Source of the DNA: a virus
Lineage: Duplodnaviria; Caudoviricetes
DNA: 64,000 nt
IMG/VR virus record: IMGVR_UViG_3300028591_000131
Span: 39,185 to 103,184 of that record
Strand: one strand, 5' to 3'
The notes below the pieces were generated by a model. It worked only from the letters and a program-made list of their open reading frames with translations, had not been told where the DNA came from and did not search any database. Made by a program: the position numbers and the translations under genes. Positions 1 to 10,057 of this stretch are shown in pieces (positions within the stretch are counted from its first letter, which is position 1; each line of letters begins with the position of its first letter).

Positions 1-651
1 CCATTCATCATAATTGTCTTCATTCACTAAAGTCCAAGTATTACTATTTGTACCATCATATTTAAGATCACATTCTTGTGAATTTGTGTGACGTAATGAT
101 GAAAACATTATTGTGTCCAGATCGCCGGCTAAAGATAAATAGAAGTATTGACCAGGAAATACGTTTTTACAAATAACAATTTTGTTGTTGGTGTAGGCTG
201 TTACAATTTCTTGTGCTGTTAAACCAGTTACAGTATATTTACCAGTAGATGAATTGTATTCAGCAGTACAAATTAATACATCGTTGTTTGACACAGCTGA
301 AATAACCTTATCGTTGTTATTTCCATTTGTGATGGTAATATTTGATCCAGCAGTAAGATTTAAAGATATTTTTCCAAGATTTTGCGAAGATTGATCGTTA
401 TTTACTATCACACCCTCTCCAGACCAATAAGGACCCACATGATATAACAATGGGGTCAGTAAAGAAACTGTGTTATCACCAACAATAAATAAATGATTTC
501 GTTTGTTGTGTGATTCTTGGTAATATAATGTACTTGCAAATGTATATGGGGAACCATATGGCAATACTACGGAATTAGCTGTTAAAACATCTTCTGCCGT
601 TTGATTATATAAAGATCTCGCTCTTGGAAATTTTATTAATGTATCGTCCAT
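1..651 (-). CDS. Tail/fibre-associated protein, runs off the left edge (partial)
   Basis: ATG at 651-649 opens a frame (MDDTLIKFPRARSLYNQ...) with no stop down to base 1; Asn/Thr/Ser-rich; tail gene block. Confidence 0.6.
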   Translation of the reverse strand, partial: MDDTLIKFPRARSLYNQTAEDVLTANSVVLPYGSPYTFASTLYYQESHNKRNHLFIVGDNTVSLLTPLLYHVGPYWSGEGVIVNNDQSSQNLGKISLNLTAGSNITITNGNNNDKVISAVSNNDVLICTAEYNSSTGKYTVTGLTAQEIVTAYTNNKIVICKNVFPGQYFYLSLAGDLDTIMFSSLRHTNSQECDLKYDGTNSNTWTLVNEDNYDEW

Positions 652-660
652 AATTGTTTG

Positions 661-1740
661 TTATTGAATTAATCCCCCGTCTATGCAATGTATTTTAATT
701 ATAACCGTATCTTCTGAATTTGAATTGGTAACCGACATTCTAATATCTGTTCCATTATCGTTCCCATCTGATGCAATTCCTTTTAACATAATTGGAGTAT
801 TATCACCAGACAATCTCAACACTGCAAAATGAGATTCTGCAGGATCTGTTCCAACAATTTGCGAACCTAATGTAGCAGTTAATGTTTGATTTACAGCAGT
901 TCCACCGCCATCACTACCCTCTGGAAGAGTATATGTAGTATTCGTATAACCAATAACTCTACCGTAATTATCTACAGATAACGATGTTATGGCATTAAAT
1001 GTACCTTCGTGAACTAACGCTGACGGGGTTGCCGATGAGATGTTTACTGTTACTTGACTTAAATTCAAAGTGTCGGTAGCAGAATCCAAAGTTAAGGTTG
1101 TACCGTAGTTTGGTCTTAGTGTACCAGTAATATCACATAAATGATTTTTATTTAAAGTACTGTTAACCCATAAATAAACATGGTTTGATAATATATCGTT
1201 GGAATTATAATTTTCAAAAACGTTAATGTTGTCACTTAATAAATTCGACCCAGATACAATGTTAATATTGTTAATGTATTCAGAATTAATTAGAGACGAT
1301 TCGTTATTAAAAACCATATGGTTACCTAATACGAGTGCATTTCCAGTCGTAGTAAATGGATTGTAAATTGGATATACTGAAGACTCATACAAAAGTTTAA
1401 ACGGATTTGTATCTGAAGCCAAAGATAAAAGCAAAGTATCATATCTAAAAGTTAGATTAGAGACCATTTCACCATTGACAAATACGTTATCCAATTCAAA
1501 TAAAGATTGACTACCAGAAGGTAGCGTGTTAGTATACAGATGAGGATTTATACAAACGTTATCAATCCACAATTGACGATGATACGTTTGAACCCAAGGC
1601 TCACAAACAATCGTGTTTAAGTTTGTGATATGGTTATTCATATCAGATATAAGTGGATAATCGTTGTTCATTAGAGTATGATCAATCGGATCCTCTGAAT
1701 TTCTTGTACGTTTGAATCTTATTTTTGAATATTCTGCCAT
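661..1740 (-). CDS. Putative tail fibre/structural protein
   Basis: 359 aa, beta-rich composition, fibre-like motif 'LSVDNYGRVIG', C-terminal IDGG. Confidence 0.55.
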   Translation of the reverse strand: MAEYSKIRFKRTRNSEDPIDHTLMNNDYPLISDMNNHITNLNTIVCEPWVQTYHRQLWIDNVCINPHLYTNTLPSGSQSLFELDNVFVNGEMVSNLTFRYDTLLLSLASDTNPFKLLYESSVYPIYNPFTTTGNALVLGNHMVFNNESSLINSEYINNINIVSGSNLLSDNINVFENYNSNDILSNHVYLWVNSTLNKNHLCDITGTLRPNYGTTLTLDSATDTLNLSQVTVNISSATPSALVHEGTFNAITSLSVDNYGRVIGYTNTTYTLPEGSDGGGTAVNQTLTATLGSQIVGTDPAESHFAVLRLSGDNTPIMLKGIASDGNDNGTDIRMSVTNSNSEDTVIIKIHCIDGGLIQ

Positions 1741-1761
1741 TTTTTCTCAATTTTGTGTTAC

Positions 1762-2235
1762 TTAGGGTATTATTGTACCGCCGTTTATCATTTTAATATA
1801 ATATGGGTCAATTTGTGTTCCTGACCCACCAAATTGTCCGGGATGTGTATCTTCATTTTGATCTGAAATATCTAAATATGTTTGTGAACCACCACCGCTA
1901 ATATCTGTTGTATTGTCGTAAATCTTTCGCCAACCGTTTACATGATAATTTGCTGCAGTGTTATCCCACGATTGTTTTTCCCAATAATTTACACCACCAC
2001 TTCTTCGTACCGGCAACCAATAAACTCCATTTTTTGACGAATCGCTATCAGAAACAACAGTACAAATAATTCCTTGATATACTGTATTTTGTTCTTGTAT
2101 TATCCAAGTATCAGATGAAAACAAATCATTTTGAGTTCTGATTACAGCACGATCGTCCCACGGCGCATCTAATAATTGTGTTATATTGGATGTTTGGTTA
2201 AAAGCTCCATCATACCTTCTGTTTGCTATATTCAT
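1762..2235 (-). CDS. Putative tail fibre-associated protein
   Basis: 157 aa; 'PWDDRAV..YQGIICTV..KNGVYWL' N-terminus, GSGTQIDPY motif, C-terminal INGG. Confidence 0.5.
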   Translation of the reverse strand: MNIANRRYDGAFNQTSNITQLLDAPWDDRAVIRTQNDLFSSDTWIIQEQNTVYQGIICTVVSDSDSSKNGVYWLPVRRSGGVNYWEKQSWDNTAANYHVNGWRKIYDNTTDISGGGSQTYLDISDQNEDTHPGQFGGSGTQIDPYYIKMINGGTIIP

Positions 2236-2242
2236 AACTTAG

Positions 2243-2701
2243 TTATATTATGTTAAAGCTTAATTTATAACGGACACTCTTGTATTCATCTTCGTCTGTA
2301 TCGTAAGAATAAAAACGATATACTCTGTATTGGTTCATATCAGCATCAAGAGGTTGAGCACTTTCTACATGAAACCATTGACTTGTTAATTGAAATGGAC
2401 TCCAAGAACTTGCACTTTCATTATATACATAAATATGTCCTTGTTGTAAATCTATCTGATAGTTTATTGGTACAAATATATAATTGTATTGACCTGTAAT
2501 CAAGGTGCCATCACTATTAAAATAATATGGATCTTGTAAGTTATTATTTGAAATTGTACCATTACTTGGAGATGTTGGCAACGGTTGCACGCCCGCCGGT
2601 AACACAGTGCTGTCCGAAGCGAAAGCCGAGTCCCCAAGTATAAACATAGGGACTGGCTCTTGAACTTGCGGTATATACATATTTACATTTATTGAAGGCA
2701 T
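2243..2701 (-). CDS. Hypothetical structural protein
   Basis: 152 aa, tightly packed in the structural operon. Confidence 0.5.
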   Translation of the reverse strand: MPSINVNMYIPQVQEPVPMFILGDSAFASDSTVLPAGVQPLPTSPSNGTISNNNLQDPYYFNSDGTLITGQYNYIFVPINYQIDLQQGHIYVYNESASSWSPFQLTSQWFHVESAQPLDADMNQYRVYRFYSYDTDEDEYKSVRYKLSFNII

Positions 2702-2703
2702 GA

Positions 2704-4473
2704 CTACTGGATATTGCTGTAAAGTTTAAGAGTGTAAACCAACTTACCGGCAGCTGCCGGGTCTTTCACGCTGCAAAACATCAATCGGTTGTTGTAGTAG
2801 ACACCAAAAGTCCCATACAATAGGTTCTTGGCAATATTTGACGGAGTGTCATCAGCGGGGCATACTTCCAACACGTTATGCTCATCAATCGAAGGTTGTT
2901 GGGCAGATTGATAAGCGCTTGTCTGTGGGTCCCATTTCTGCCAGGTTTGTGTGCCGTTAAGATTGTAATAGCTTTGGTCTTGAGACAAGGCAGCTGGGGT
3001 GGATGCAATTGTTATACGATAAAGTTCAAATGTAGTACCATCGGCTCCATCTTGACCATCTTGACCATTTTGCCCAGCAGGACCCGTTGCACCTTGTGCA
3101 CCATCTTGACCATCGTGAATAATTATTGGTTGACTTAGTGCTTGTCCATCAGCTTTAAATGTCAGTTGAGTTTCTCCATTTCCTTGCGGATCAACTACAA
3201 GTGTTATTACAGGACTATGACCATCAGCACCAGCTGCACCAGTAGCGCCAGTTGCACCCTGTGGTCCTTGTGGACCTTGTAAACCTTGTGGACCACGTAT
3301 ATTACCAGCATTATCAAATGTTCCTTGAACCACATCCATCAATACCATTAAATTTCCTTCACTATCGATGTAAGCGTCACCAAGACTTACACAATCTGTA
3401 GAACTTGGTTTTATATTTATTGCAAAGTTATTAGTGGTACCGCCTTCTTGAATGTTAACAAGACCTTTATCTTCCCAGGTTGTCCCATCATAAGATACTT
3501 GAAGTTGATGTGTAGCAGAGTTTATTCTAACTTGCGGAGTTAAACCATTTGTTCCAGGAGCTCCCTGAACGCCGTTAGTCACATCAAAACTACCTATTAC
3601 CTGACCATTTTGATCTATGCAATTATAAATATTTGTAGCCCCGCTTACAGTCGACGGCAATCCGCCTCCGTCTACTTGAATATCTTCAACACTTCTACCA
3701 TCTTGACCGTCCTGACCATCATGTCCGTCTTGTCCCGGTGTACCAGTGACAGCTTGTGGCACCCATTTGTGAGTGCTGTTATCCCAAGTCAACACATAAC
3801 CGTTTGTTATAGTACTAGGAATATTGGTATCTGTCAGTTCCGAAAGTGTTGTTGCACCACCGCTTTGTGGTTTTGGAGCAGGTTTCCAAGTTTGAGTTAT
3901 CGCACTATAGACTAAAATATTTTCATTTTCTACACCATCTGTGTCAACATCTGTTAATTTATTTAACGTTGTTGGAATCGAAGGTTTGTTTAATATAAAT
4001 GCAGGAGATAAAGTGTTTGTTTCGTCCCAATTACTTTGTAATTGGTCTCCAACATTTTGAGCAGCCTCCCAACCATTACCAGTCCAAGTAAGAACATAGC
4101 CTGGTTGTACATTCAGTGGATTTTCACTAACATCACCAATATCAGTCAAATGATCAACAGTTGTGGAAATCTCAATTTCGTGCCAATCATCGTTTGCGTC
4201 TTTATATTCTATCGTGTCATTCTTTTCATTGTATCTGATGTTGCAGATATCCCCGTTCATTATATCTTCCAGCCGAAGTTTTACTTCAGGACAATCTGTA
4301 TTGGAATTATATTGATAACCAACAAGAAACACTTTGTTTACGTCTCCATCTTGATCGTGATTATAATTGTTGTCAATATTGCTGGGAAACGTTTGTGGAG
4401 AACCATTATCTGCTGAATTTTTCAACAGAAATTCCTTAAATCTTTTTACACTTAATTTGCAACCGTTACTCAT
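2704..4473 (-). CDS. Collagen-like repeat tail fibre protein
   Basis: Several Gly-X-Y runs (GQDGHDGQDGQDG, GPQGLQGPQGPQGATGATG); three L-x-x-L-T-D...VLTW/LVY...W repeats. Confidence 0.75.
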   Translation of the reverse strand: MSNGCKLSVKRFKEFLLKNSADNGSPQTFPSNIDNNYNHDQDGDVNKVFLVGYQYNSNTDCPEVKLRLEDIMNGDICNIRYNEKNDTIEYKDANDDWHEIEISTTVDHLTDIGDVSENPLNVQPGYVLTWTGNGWEAAQNVGDQLQSNWDETNTLSPAFILNKPSIPTTLNKLTDVDTDGVENENILVYSAITQTWKPAPKPQSGGATTLSELTDTNIPSTITNGYVLTWDNSTHKWVPQAVTGTPGQDGHDGQDGQDGRSVEDIQVDGGGLPSTVSGATNIYNCIDQNGQVIGSFDVTNGVQGAPGTNGLTPQVRINSATHQLQVSYDGTTWEDKGLVNIQEGGTTNNFAINIKPSSTDCVSLGDAYIDSEGNLMVLMDVVQGTFDNAGNIRGPQGLQGPQGPQGATGATGAAGADGHSPVITLVVDPQGNGETQLTFKADGQALSQPIIIHDGQDGAQGATGPAGQNGQDGQDGADGTTFELYRITIASTPAALSQDQSYYNLNGTQTWQKWDPQTSAYQSAQQPSIDEHNVLEVCPADDTPSNIAKNLLYGTFGVYYNNRLMFCSVKDPAAAGKLVYTLKLYSNIQ

Positions 4474-4994
4474 TATATTACAGGTTTTACGTTATATTCA
4501 AAATAAATATTATCTTCGTCTTCTTTTACGTCATTGTCGATTATCAAACCACTGTTGGTCAACCAAATCTCATTGTCTAATGCTTGTTGTAATGGCATAT
4601 CTTCAATGTCTATACTTCCAATGGGTTCTGTTTCATTCAAAGCTATCAGGTATTTTCTTTCCTCTGGCTGTGACTGAATAAAACCGATGGCTTCCACTAC
4701 AGGTGTACAGTCGCCTTCAAGAAGACGTATATTGCAGGTGTTATCCGTGAGACACGATATATTCTGCATGAACACCCGCTCGATTTCAGCAACAAGCTTG
4801 TTATCAACCTTCCATTCGTCAACATCACTTTCGGTTTCATAATAGTACACAAAGTCGCTGTTATTCCTCAAGTAATCGAAAAACCACAGCAAGAGCAGTT
4901 TCTTTCTCTCTGACAGAGAGGCACCGCCCATCTTACGCAGTGTGTTGAAATAACCGACAAATGCGTGTCCAGTTGTCTTCGCTATACTATCCAT
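4473..4994 (-). CDS. Putative tail hub/fibre attachment protein
   Basis: 173 aa; position after auxiliary capsid and ring genes as in crAss-like gene order. Confidence 0.45.
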   Translation of the reverse strand: MDSIAKTTGHAFVGYFNTLRKMGGASLSERKKLLLLWFFDYLRNNSDFVYYYETESDVDEWKVDNKLVAEIERVFMQNISCLTDNTCNIRLLEGDCTPVVEAIGFIQSQPEERKYLIALNETEPIGSIDIEDMPLQQALDNEIWLTNSGLIIDNDVKEDEDNIYFEYNVKPVI

Positions 4995-5619
4995 TACAGT
5001 TACAGTTTCGTGAAGGTGAGTTCAGAACGTGATAGTATCGCTTTCCACAGGACAGCTTGGAGAATATCATTTCAAGATAAGGACTCTTAGATTCAACAGC
5101 AGCCCTTAATGTGAAAAGTTTAAGTAGTTTATTGAGCAAATCTCTTGGTATTTCGCAGTCATTGCACTTTAACTTTACAGATTCAAGGAGATCACGCTCA
5201 TATTGCGTGAGGTCAGCAGCATATCCCTCCACGACAAAATTGCCGTCAGAGTCCACGTCGGCGCAACATATGTTAATATTGCCTATAGGGTTATTGCTTT
5301 CATCATACAAATAAGGTGGTATCACCAGCACCCATTTCACCAGTCTGTCTTTTTTCGGGGCAAAATGGTAGCGTACAAATATACCGGTGATTATTCCATC
5401 GTCGTTATATACATTACCATGATCGTAATATTCCGGATCGCTTTCAACAAGCTCATATGGATCTGTTGCGTTGTCATAATCAGGCGCGTATTCATATAAC
5501 CTGATATCCTGCACACTGATATGGGCCTCCGCCTCAGTGTAGGTCTCATCAATCGCAACATCAAGCTGGAAAGTGCCGTTACTGAATATTGTCTTTGTTG
5601 TTATAGGATTCGTTACCAC
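4987..5619 (-). CDS. Putative tail hub protein
   Basis: 210 aa with CNDCEIP and C-terminal CNCNG, typical of crAss-like tail hub genes. Confidence 0.5.
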   Translation of the reverse strand: MVTNPITTKTIFSNGTFQLDVAIDETYTEAEAHISVQDIRLYEYAPDYDNATDPYELVESDPEYYDHGNVYNDDGIITGIFVRYHFAPKKDRLVKWVLVIPPYLYDESNNPIGNINICCADVDSDGNFVVEGYAADLTQYERDLLESVKLKCNDCEIPRDLLNKLLKLFTLRAAVESKSPYLEMIFSKLSCGKRYYHVLNSPSRNCNCNG

Positions 5620-5670
5620 AATCTATTAATTTTACTAACCGTTATTTAATTTGTATGTAAATATAGCAAG

Positions 5671-5700
5671 GCTTTCACCGTCTTGTTCAACGGTGAAAGT
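5671..5700 (-). terminator. Intergenic hairpin, possible terminator or processing site after the auxiliary capsid gene
   Basis: gctttcaccgt / acggtgaaagt inverted repeat. Confidence 0.4.
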
Positions 5701-5738
5701 CGTGCTTTTAATATTTATTTGAAATTTATGTTCAACTG

Positions 5739-6845
5739 TTAATTACCACCTTCAGTTTCAGTATTGTCTTGACTTTGTGTATTTTCAGAAGATCCACAAA
5801 TCGTATTATAAAATCCTTCAAGAACGGAGTTCACATTATTTCCACCAGCAGCAGTAGCAACCAGCGTCAACACTTTCTCAGATTTGTCTGAACGAACACC
5901 TTCTCCTTGGAAATAATAATGAATATCGAGATAATCATACTCGTCGGTATCACCAGGGTTGTTAATCATATAAGCAGTATGAATAACGTTCGGCCAACCG
6001 ACATTACGATATTGATCACCACGCTCACCCATGCAGAAATACTCAAGATCTGCAGTGCGTTTACCGTTACCGATATAATCAACACCTGCAGTGCTGCCAG
6101 TACCTGTAGTGTCTTGGGCGGTACCATAAACACCAACACGGCTGTTATTCTCCAACGGAAGTGAAGTCAAATTCGGATCGTGCCAATTTTCCCAAGTAAG
6201 GTTATCAATAACAATTTGAGTAGGTTTATTGTCAGCAACACCAACATACCAAGGGGCACCAGCTTTTCCTTTTATAGTCACAGTGGTATTACTACCAGTA
6301 ACAGACAAAAGGTCGTTATCAAGATTTTTCTTGGCATTGAACGCAAGCTTGATGGCTTCTGCCATTTGTGCACCCCAATCACCATAATTAGTATCGTTGC
6401 TATTCATCGGCTGACCTTTTTCGTTGTAGTTATAACGCATAGCTACAGTCTTGGTTTCAATTTCCTCATCAGTTGCATTCAGGAAACCAGGGAAGCTGAA
6501 ATTCATATAAAACACGTCACCCGTTGCATAATCATTAGCATTTAACGTATTGGTAATCAACCAGGACGGAAGATACATACGAAGCCTGGAAGCGGGAGTT
6601 TTCGTAATTTTACGAATATTTTCACGATGAATAATATCGCTGTGACCGAGTTCACCAAGTGCATTTACATAGAAGAACTCATACGTTTTAGGATCTTCGT
6701 GTTGACCCCAATCGTCAAACTCTTTTAACAAGGTCTTACCGGGATCTTGTAAAGTCGTACCAGCAGCATGTGCTTTAATGTTTGCGTCAGTCATAGTGCC
6801 GGTAACAACATAAAGTTGTCTAACTTGATTTGTACTAAATACCAT
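5739..6845 (-). CDS. Auxiliary capsid protein (crAss-type)
   Basis: N-terminus MVFSTNQVRQLYV and C-terminal 'GNGKRTADLEYFCMGERGDQYRNVGWP' resemble crAss-like auxiliary capsid proteins; downstream of MCP. Confidence 0.75.
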   Translation of the reverse strand: MVFSTNQVRQLYVVTGTMTDANIKAHAAGTTLQDPGKTLLKEFDDWGQHEDPKTYEFFYVNALGELGHSDIIHRENIRKITKTPASRLRMYLPSWLITNTLNANDYATGDVFYMNFSFPGFLNATDEEIETKTVAMRYNYNEKGQPMNSNDTNYGDWGAQMAEAIKLAFNAKKNLDNDLLSVTGSNTTVTIKGKAGAPWYVGVADNKPTQIVIDNLTWENWHDPNLTSLPLENNSRVGVYGTAQDTTGTGSTAGVDYIGNGKRTADLEYFCMGERGDQYRNVGWPNVIHTAYMINNPGDTDEYDYLDIHYYFQGEGVRSDKSEKVLTLVATAAGGNNVNSVLEGFYNTICGSSENTQSQDNTETEGGN

Positions 6846-6876
6846 AATATTATAGTTTTAAATTATTTTATTTGAT

Positions 6877-7614
6877 TTATAAATCTCTTGTATCCACTGC
6901 AAATGTAGTATTCAAATCTCCAACATAAGCAGCTTTTGCCAACTCAACAGCTCTTGCAATTACTTTGTGTTGCAGCACATCGGGTATTTCGGGTTCTGTC
7001 GGATCAGACATATTATCGATTGTGTATTCAGAATTGTTGTTTTCGTCAACGCCAAAAACCTTTAAATCTACAAGAATTATCGGTTTCGGGTTTCTTAAAT
7101 AAGTCACGTTATAACGAGATAATTCATTTTGACTTAATATGTGAAATTCAACATTACCCAAATGACTTTTATCATACCGTATTGCTTTACGCTCATTAGG
7201 ACGTTTAAACGGGTCATTTAAGACGCGATTTATGTCTTCATGTGTAGTTGGTGTAACTTGCATAATTGACCCGTTTAAACAGCCTTCTGAAGCGTTCTGA
7301 GCGGTTTCTCGAACAACATACATTAAATTGTCCGGTTTACCCACAATATAATCTTTGAAAGAACCGTATTGTTGATAATCAGAAAGGTTTTCTTCATACT
7401 CATCAATTAACGTATCAAGATAACGCCGTACTTCTTCGTCCGATTCAAACGAATTATAATTTGAATTTTTACCACTGTAATACATACGGACAAGTTCATT
7501 TTGAGCTTTTGTCAAAAACAAACTTTTTTCGTACTCATTCAGATTCGGAGCAGCACCACTACTGATGTTGTTATATAAAATATCAAACTCGGAGTCAATC
7601 TCTTTTAACGTCAT
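6877..7614 (-). CDS. Tail ring (head-tail connector) protein
   Basis: 'EFDILYNNISSGAAP.LNEYEKSLFLTKAQ' and 'YLRNPKPIILVDL...AVELAK' typical of crAss ring proteins. Confidence 0.7.
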   Translation of the reverse strand: MTLKEIDSEFDILYNNISSGAAPNLNEYEKSLFLTKAQNELVRMYYSGKNSNYNSFESDEEVRRYLDTLIDEYEENLSDYQQYGSFKDYIVGKPDNLMYVVRETAQNASEGCLNGSIMQVTPTTHEDINRVLNDPFKRPNERKAIRYDKSHLGNVEFHILSQNELSRYNVTYLRNPKPIILVDLKVFGVDENNNSEYTIDNMSDPTEPEIPDVLQHKVIARAVELAKAAYVGDLNTTFAVDTRDL

Positions 7615-7616
7615 TG

Positions 7617-8510
7617 TTATGCATTTAATTTACCTTCTAATGTATATTTTAATTCAGATCTTTTAGGATTTGAAAGATAAGCTGCCGCTACATTGATAGT
7701 TGGTTCAGAACCAGAATCACACAGAGGTGAATTATCTGAAGCAAGATAATAATAATCACCACGCTTCAATATCAACTTTTCAGCAACACACTTACGAATC
7801 AATACTTTTGTATGTAACAAAGGATCGTTTGCAAATTTTACAAACATCTTTGAATTGTTTGTAATGTGATCTTGTAACCTCGAAAGAATAGTTTCTTGTT
7901 TGACTTTATCACTTATAGGACGACCATCTAACATTTCCAATATTGTAGCCAAAACATCTCTTTTGTCCATATATTGACCAAGCAACATATAAGCTTCCAT
8001 CGATGTGTTGAGTTTACGCATGTTGGTTTTATCTTCCTCATCGTCCATAATCATTACAAAACGATAAGTCTCACGAGGCTTGTTTTCAAGAGTTTGCAAA
8101 GAATCAGCAATAAAGTTTTTGTTAGCAAGTAAAACTTTATATTTGATATAATCCATAGGTACAGATAAATCCAAAACGGTATCATCTTTACCTAAAGTAA
8201 CTTCAAAATTATCCCAAAAGTTATGCTCTCTATTATAAATAGATAAAGCATTTTTTTCCATTCCCATAACGTATTCCAAATAATCTTTTTCGGCATTAGT
8301 CAACACGTTGTAATATGAGCCGTTTGATTCATAAACGGGTGCTACATATTTAACATGAGATCCTTCTGCAAGACCACCTGCAAGCACGTGTTTGGGATCT
8401 CTTATGAGATTTGATTGTTTTACAATATATCTAACAATAACTTTCTTGTTTGTCAAACAATTTACTAATTCGTTTGTTTTATCTTTCGTTTGTTTATTTT
8501 CTTCAGCCAT
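7617..8510 (-). CDS. Conserved crAss-like protein directly downstream of MCP
   Basis: 297 aa, 'LDLSVPMDYIKYKVL' motif; conserved synteny. Confidence 0.6.
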   Translation of the reverse strand: MAEENKQTKDKTNELVNCLTNKKVIVRYIVKQSNLIRDPKHVLAGGLAEGSHVKYVAPVYESNGSYYNVLTNAEKDYLEYVMGMEKNALSIYNREHNFWDNFEVTLGKDDTVLDLSVPMDYIKYKVLLANKNFIADSLQTLENKPRETYRFVMIMDDEEDKTNMRKLNTSMEAYMLLGQYMDKRDVLATILEMLDGRPISDKVKQETILSRLQDHITNNSKMFVKFANDPLLHTKVLIRKCVAEKLILKRGDYYYLASDNSPLCDSGSEPTINVAAAYLSNPKRSELKYTLEGKLNA

Positions 8511-8528
8511 TTTCCATATATTTAGTTA

Positions 8529-10037
8529 TTATTCGCCTTGCAGAATTGCAGGAATCAAAGAAATAGATCTTGTAGGATCCAAAACAAATACACCACCCCA
8601 CCACATCTTGTGAATCTCCGTGGAGTCTTCATCGGTGGTCATGTAGTTGATATTGGTTTCCCCAGTAAACGGATTACGCAAACCAGGAATCATACCTCTT
8701 ACCTCATCAAGACCTTTGATTTTGGCAAGTTGAATGTTGGGTTGATCCATGGAACCAAGGTAAGTAATGTCGAATCTGTAAGATTCAGCAACACCACCAT
8801 CCGGATGCATAATCTTATTACGTACGGTGTCATCGTACATAGGATCTATTTCCAGTTTGATAACCACACCATTTGCAGAATGGTATTCAGTAAACTGGAA
8901 TCCAGCAGACAGAGCGGTATCATGTAACGGAGAAGAAGTCTTCTTAATCATACCGAGATTATCTGCATTCACCTGGAATGTACGAGTCCAACCGGAAACA
9001 TCATTCAAAACAGCTTTGTGGAACATTGCAGCACCACGCTCACCAGTACGAAGAATAAACGTACGATCATTAAGAGCCAATTTGTTAGCAGAAATAGCAT
9101 ACAAAGCATCCTCTAACAGCTTCAAGGAGAACTTGGTGTAATAAGTCACATTAGCCATCTCGGTTTGTTCACGAATACCGGAACCCATTTGAATGACGTT
9201 ACCAGACTTACCATAGTTCAAATATTCACCATTTGCATTTCTGTTAGAACGACCATACATGAGCAGGTTGTTCTTCTCATCTTGGAATTGTTCCTCAAGT
9301 TCATAATCCACATAGTGCATCCACATATTTTGGACTACAGTCTTGCCAGTCTTGTTGTCAATAAACGGAATACCGACACCCAGTTTCTTATTGATCATAG
9401 AACCGGGAACTTTATGACGAATACGCAGACGAGACCACTCGTTACGCATTTTCACAGGTGCCATAAAGTGAATATCACCAACACCTCTGGACAGTTCTTT
9501 CTCAACAGGAGAATATTCAATACTGAATTTCTCACCGCAAAGCAATCTTTCAGCAGGAACACCAGCAGTAAGACCACCCATGGTTTCAACTTTGTAAACA
9601 GCATTTGTTCCCTCCATACGAGGTTCACCAAGAACTCTCAAAGGATACACTTCATTCAAATTACCGACAATTACATTGCCATCAGCAAACCAATCTTCTG
9701 CAAAAACAAGATAGAAAGGTTCACCGGCAATACCAATATTACCAGACTGTGCAGTAACCACCGTACCAGTAATATCTCTTGCTTCTACCAACGGGATATT
9801 TCTACGAGAAGAAGAAATAACATCCCATGTGTACTCATCGTCAGTATCAAAAACTTTCGTGGGGAACTGACTAAGATAAGTTTCCAGAGTTTTGCCACGT
9901 CTCGTTGCGAGTAATTGAATCATTACATTCGTGGCTTTTTGAGGCTCATTTTGAAAGATAGCACTCAAGTGGTTCTCTTTAGTCAAGCCCTTCCAACTGG
10001 AAAAAGTAATAGTTTGGAATTTTCCTAAACGTGCCAT
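8529..10037 (-). CDS. Major capsid protein
   Basis: 502 aa; 'LGKFQ...WKGLT.ENHL.AIFQ..PQKATN' and 'WDVI.SSRRNIPLVEARD' match the crAss001-type MCP as recalled. Confidence 0.9.
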   Translation of the reverse strand: MARLGKFQTITFSSWKGLTKENHLSAIFQNEPQKATNVMIQLLATRRGKTLETYLSQFPTKVFDTDDEYTWDVISSSRRNIPLVEARDITGTVVTAQSGNIGIAGEPFYLVFAEDWFADGNVIVGNLNEVYPLRVLGEPRMEGTNAVYKVETMGGLTAGVPAERLLCGEKFSIEYSPVEKELSRGVGDIHFMAPVKMRNEWSRLRIRHKVPGSMINKKLGVGIPFIDNKTGKTVVQNMWMHYVDYELEEQFQDEKNNLLMYGRSNRNANGEYLNYGKSGNVIQMGSGIREQTEMANVTYYTKFSLKLLEDALYAISANKLALNDRTFILRTGERGAAMFHKAVLNDVSGWTRTFQVNADNLGMIKKTSSPLHDTALSAGFQFTEYHSANGVVIKLEIDPMYDDTVRNKIMHPDGGVAESYRFDITYLGSMDQPNIQLAKIKGLDEVRGMIPGLRNPFTGETNINYMTTDEDSTEIHKMWWGGVFVLDPTRSISLIPAILQGE

Positions 10038-10057
10038 AAATAATTTTTTTAATTAGA

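Noticed and set aside
3040-3740. Short DNA repeats (ccatcttga etc.) as a repeat array or CRISPR
   Set aside because: They encode Gly-Gln-Asp collagen-like triplets; no repeat-spacer structure or cas genes are present.
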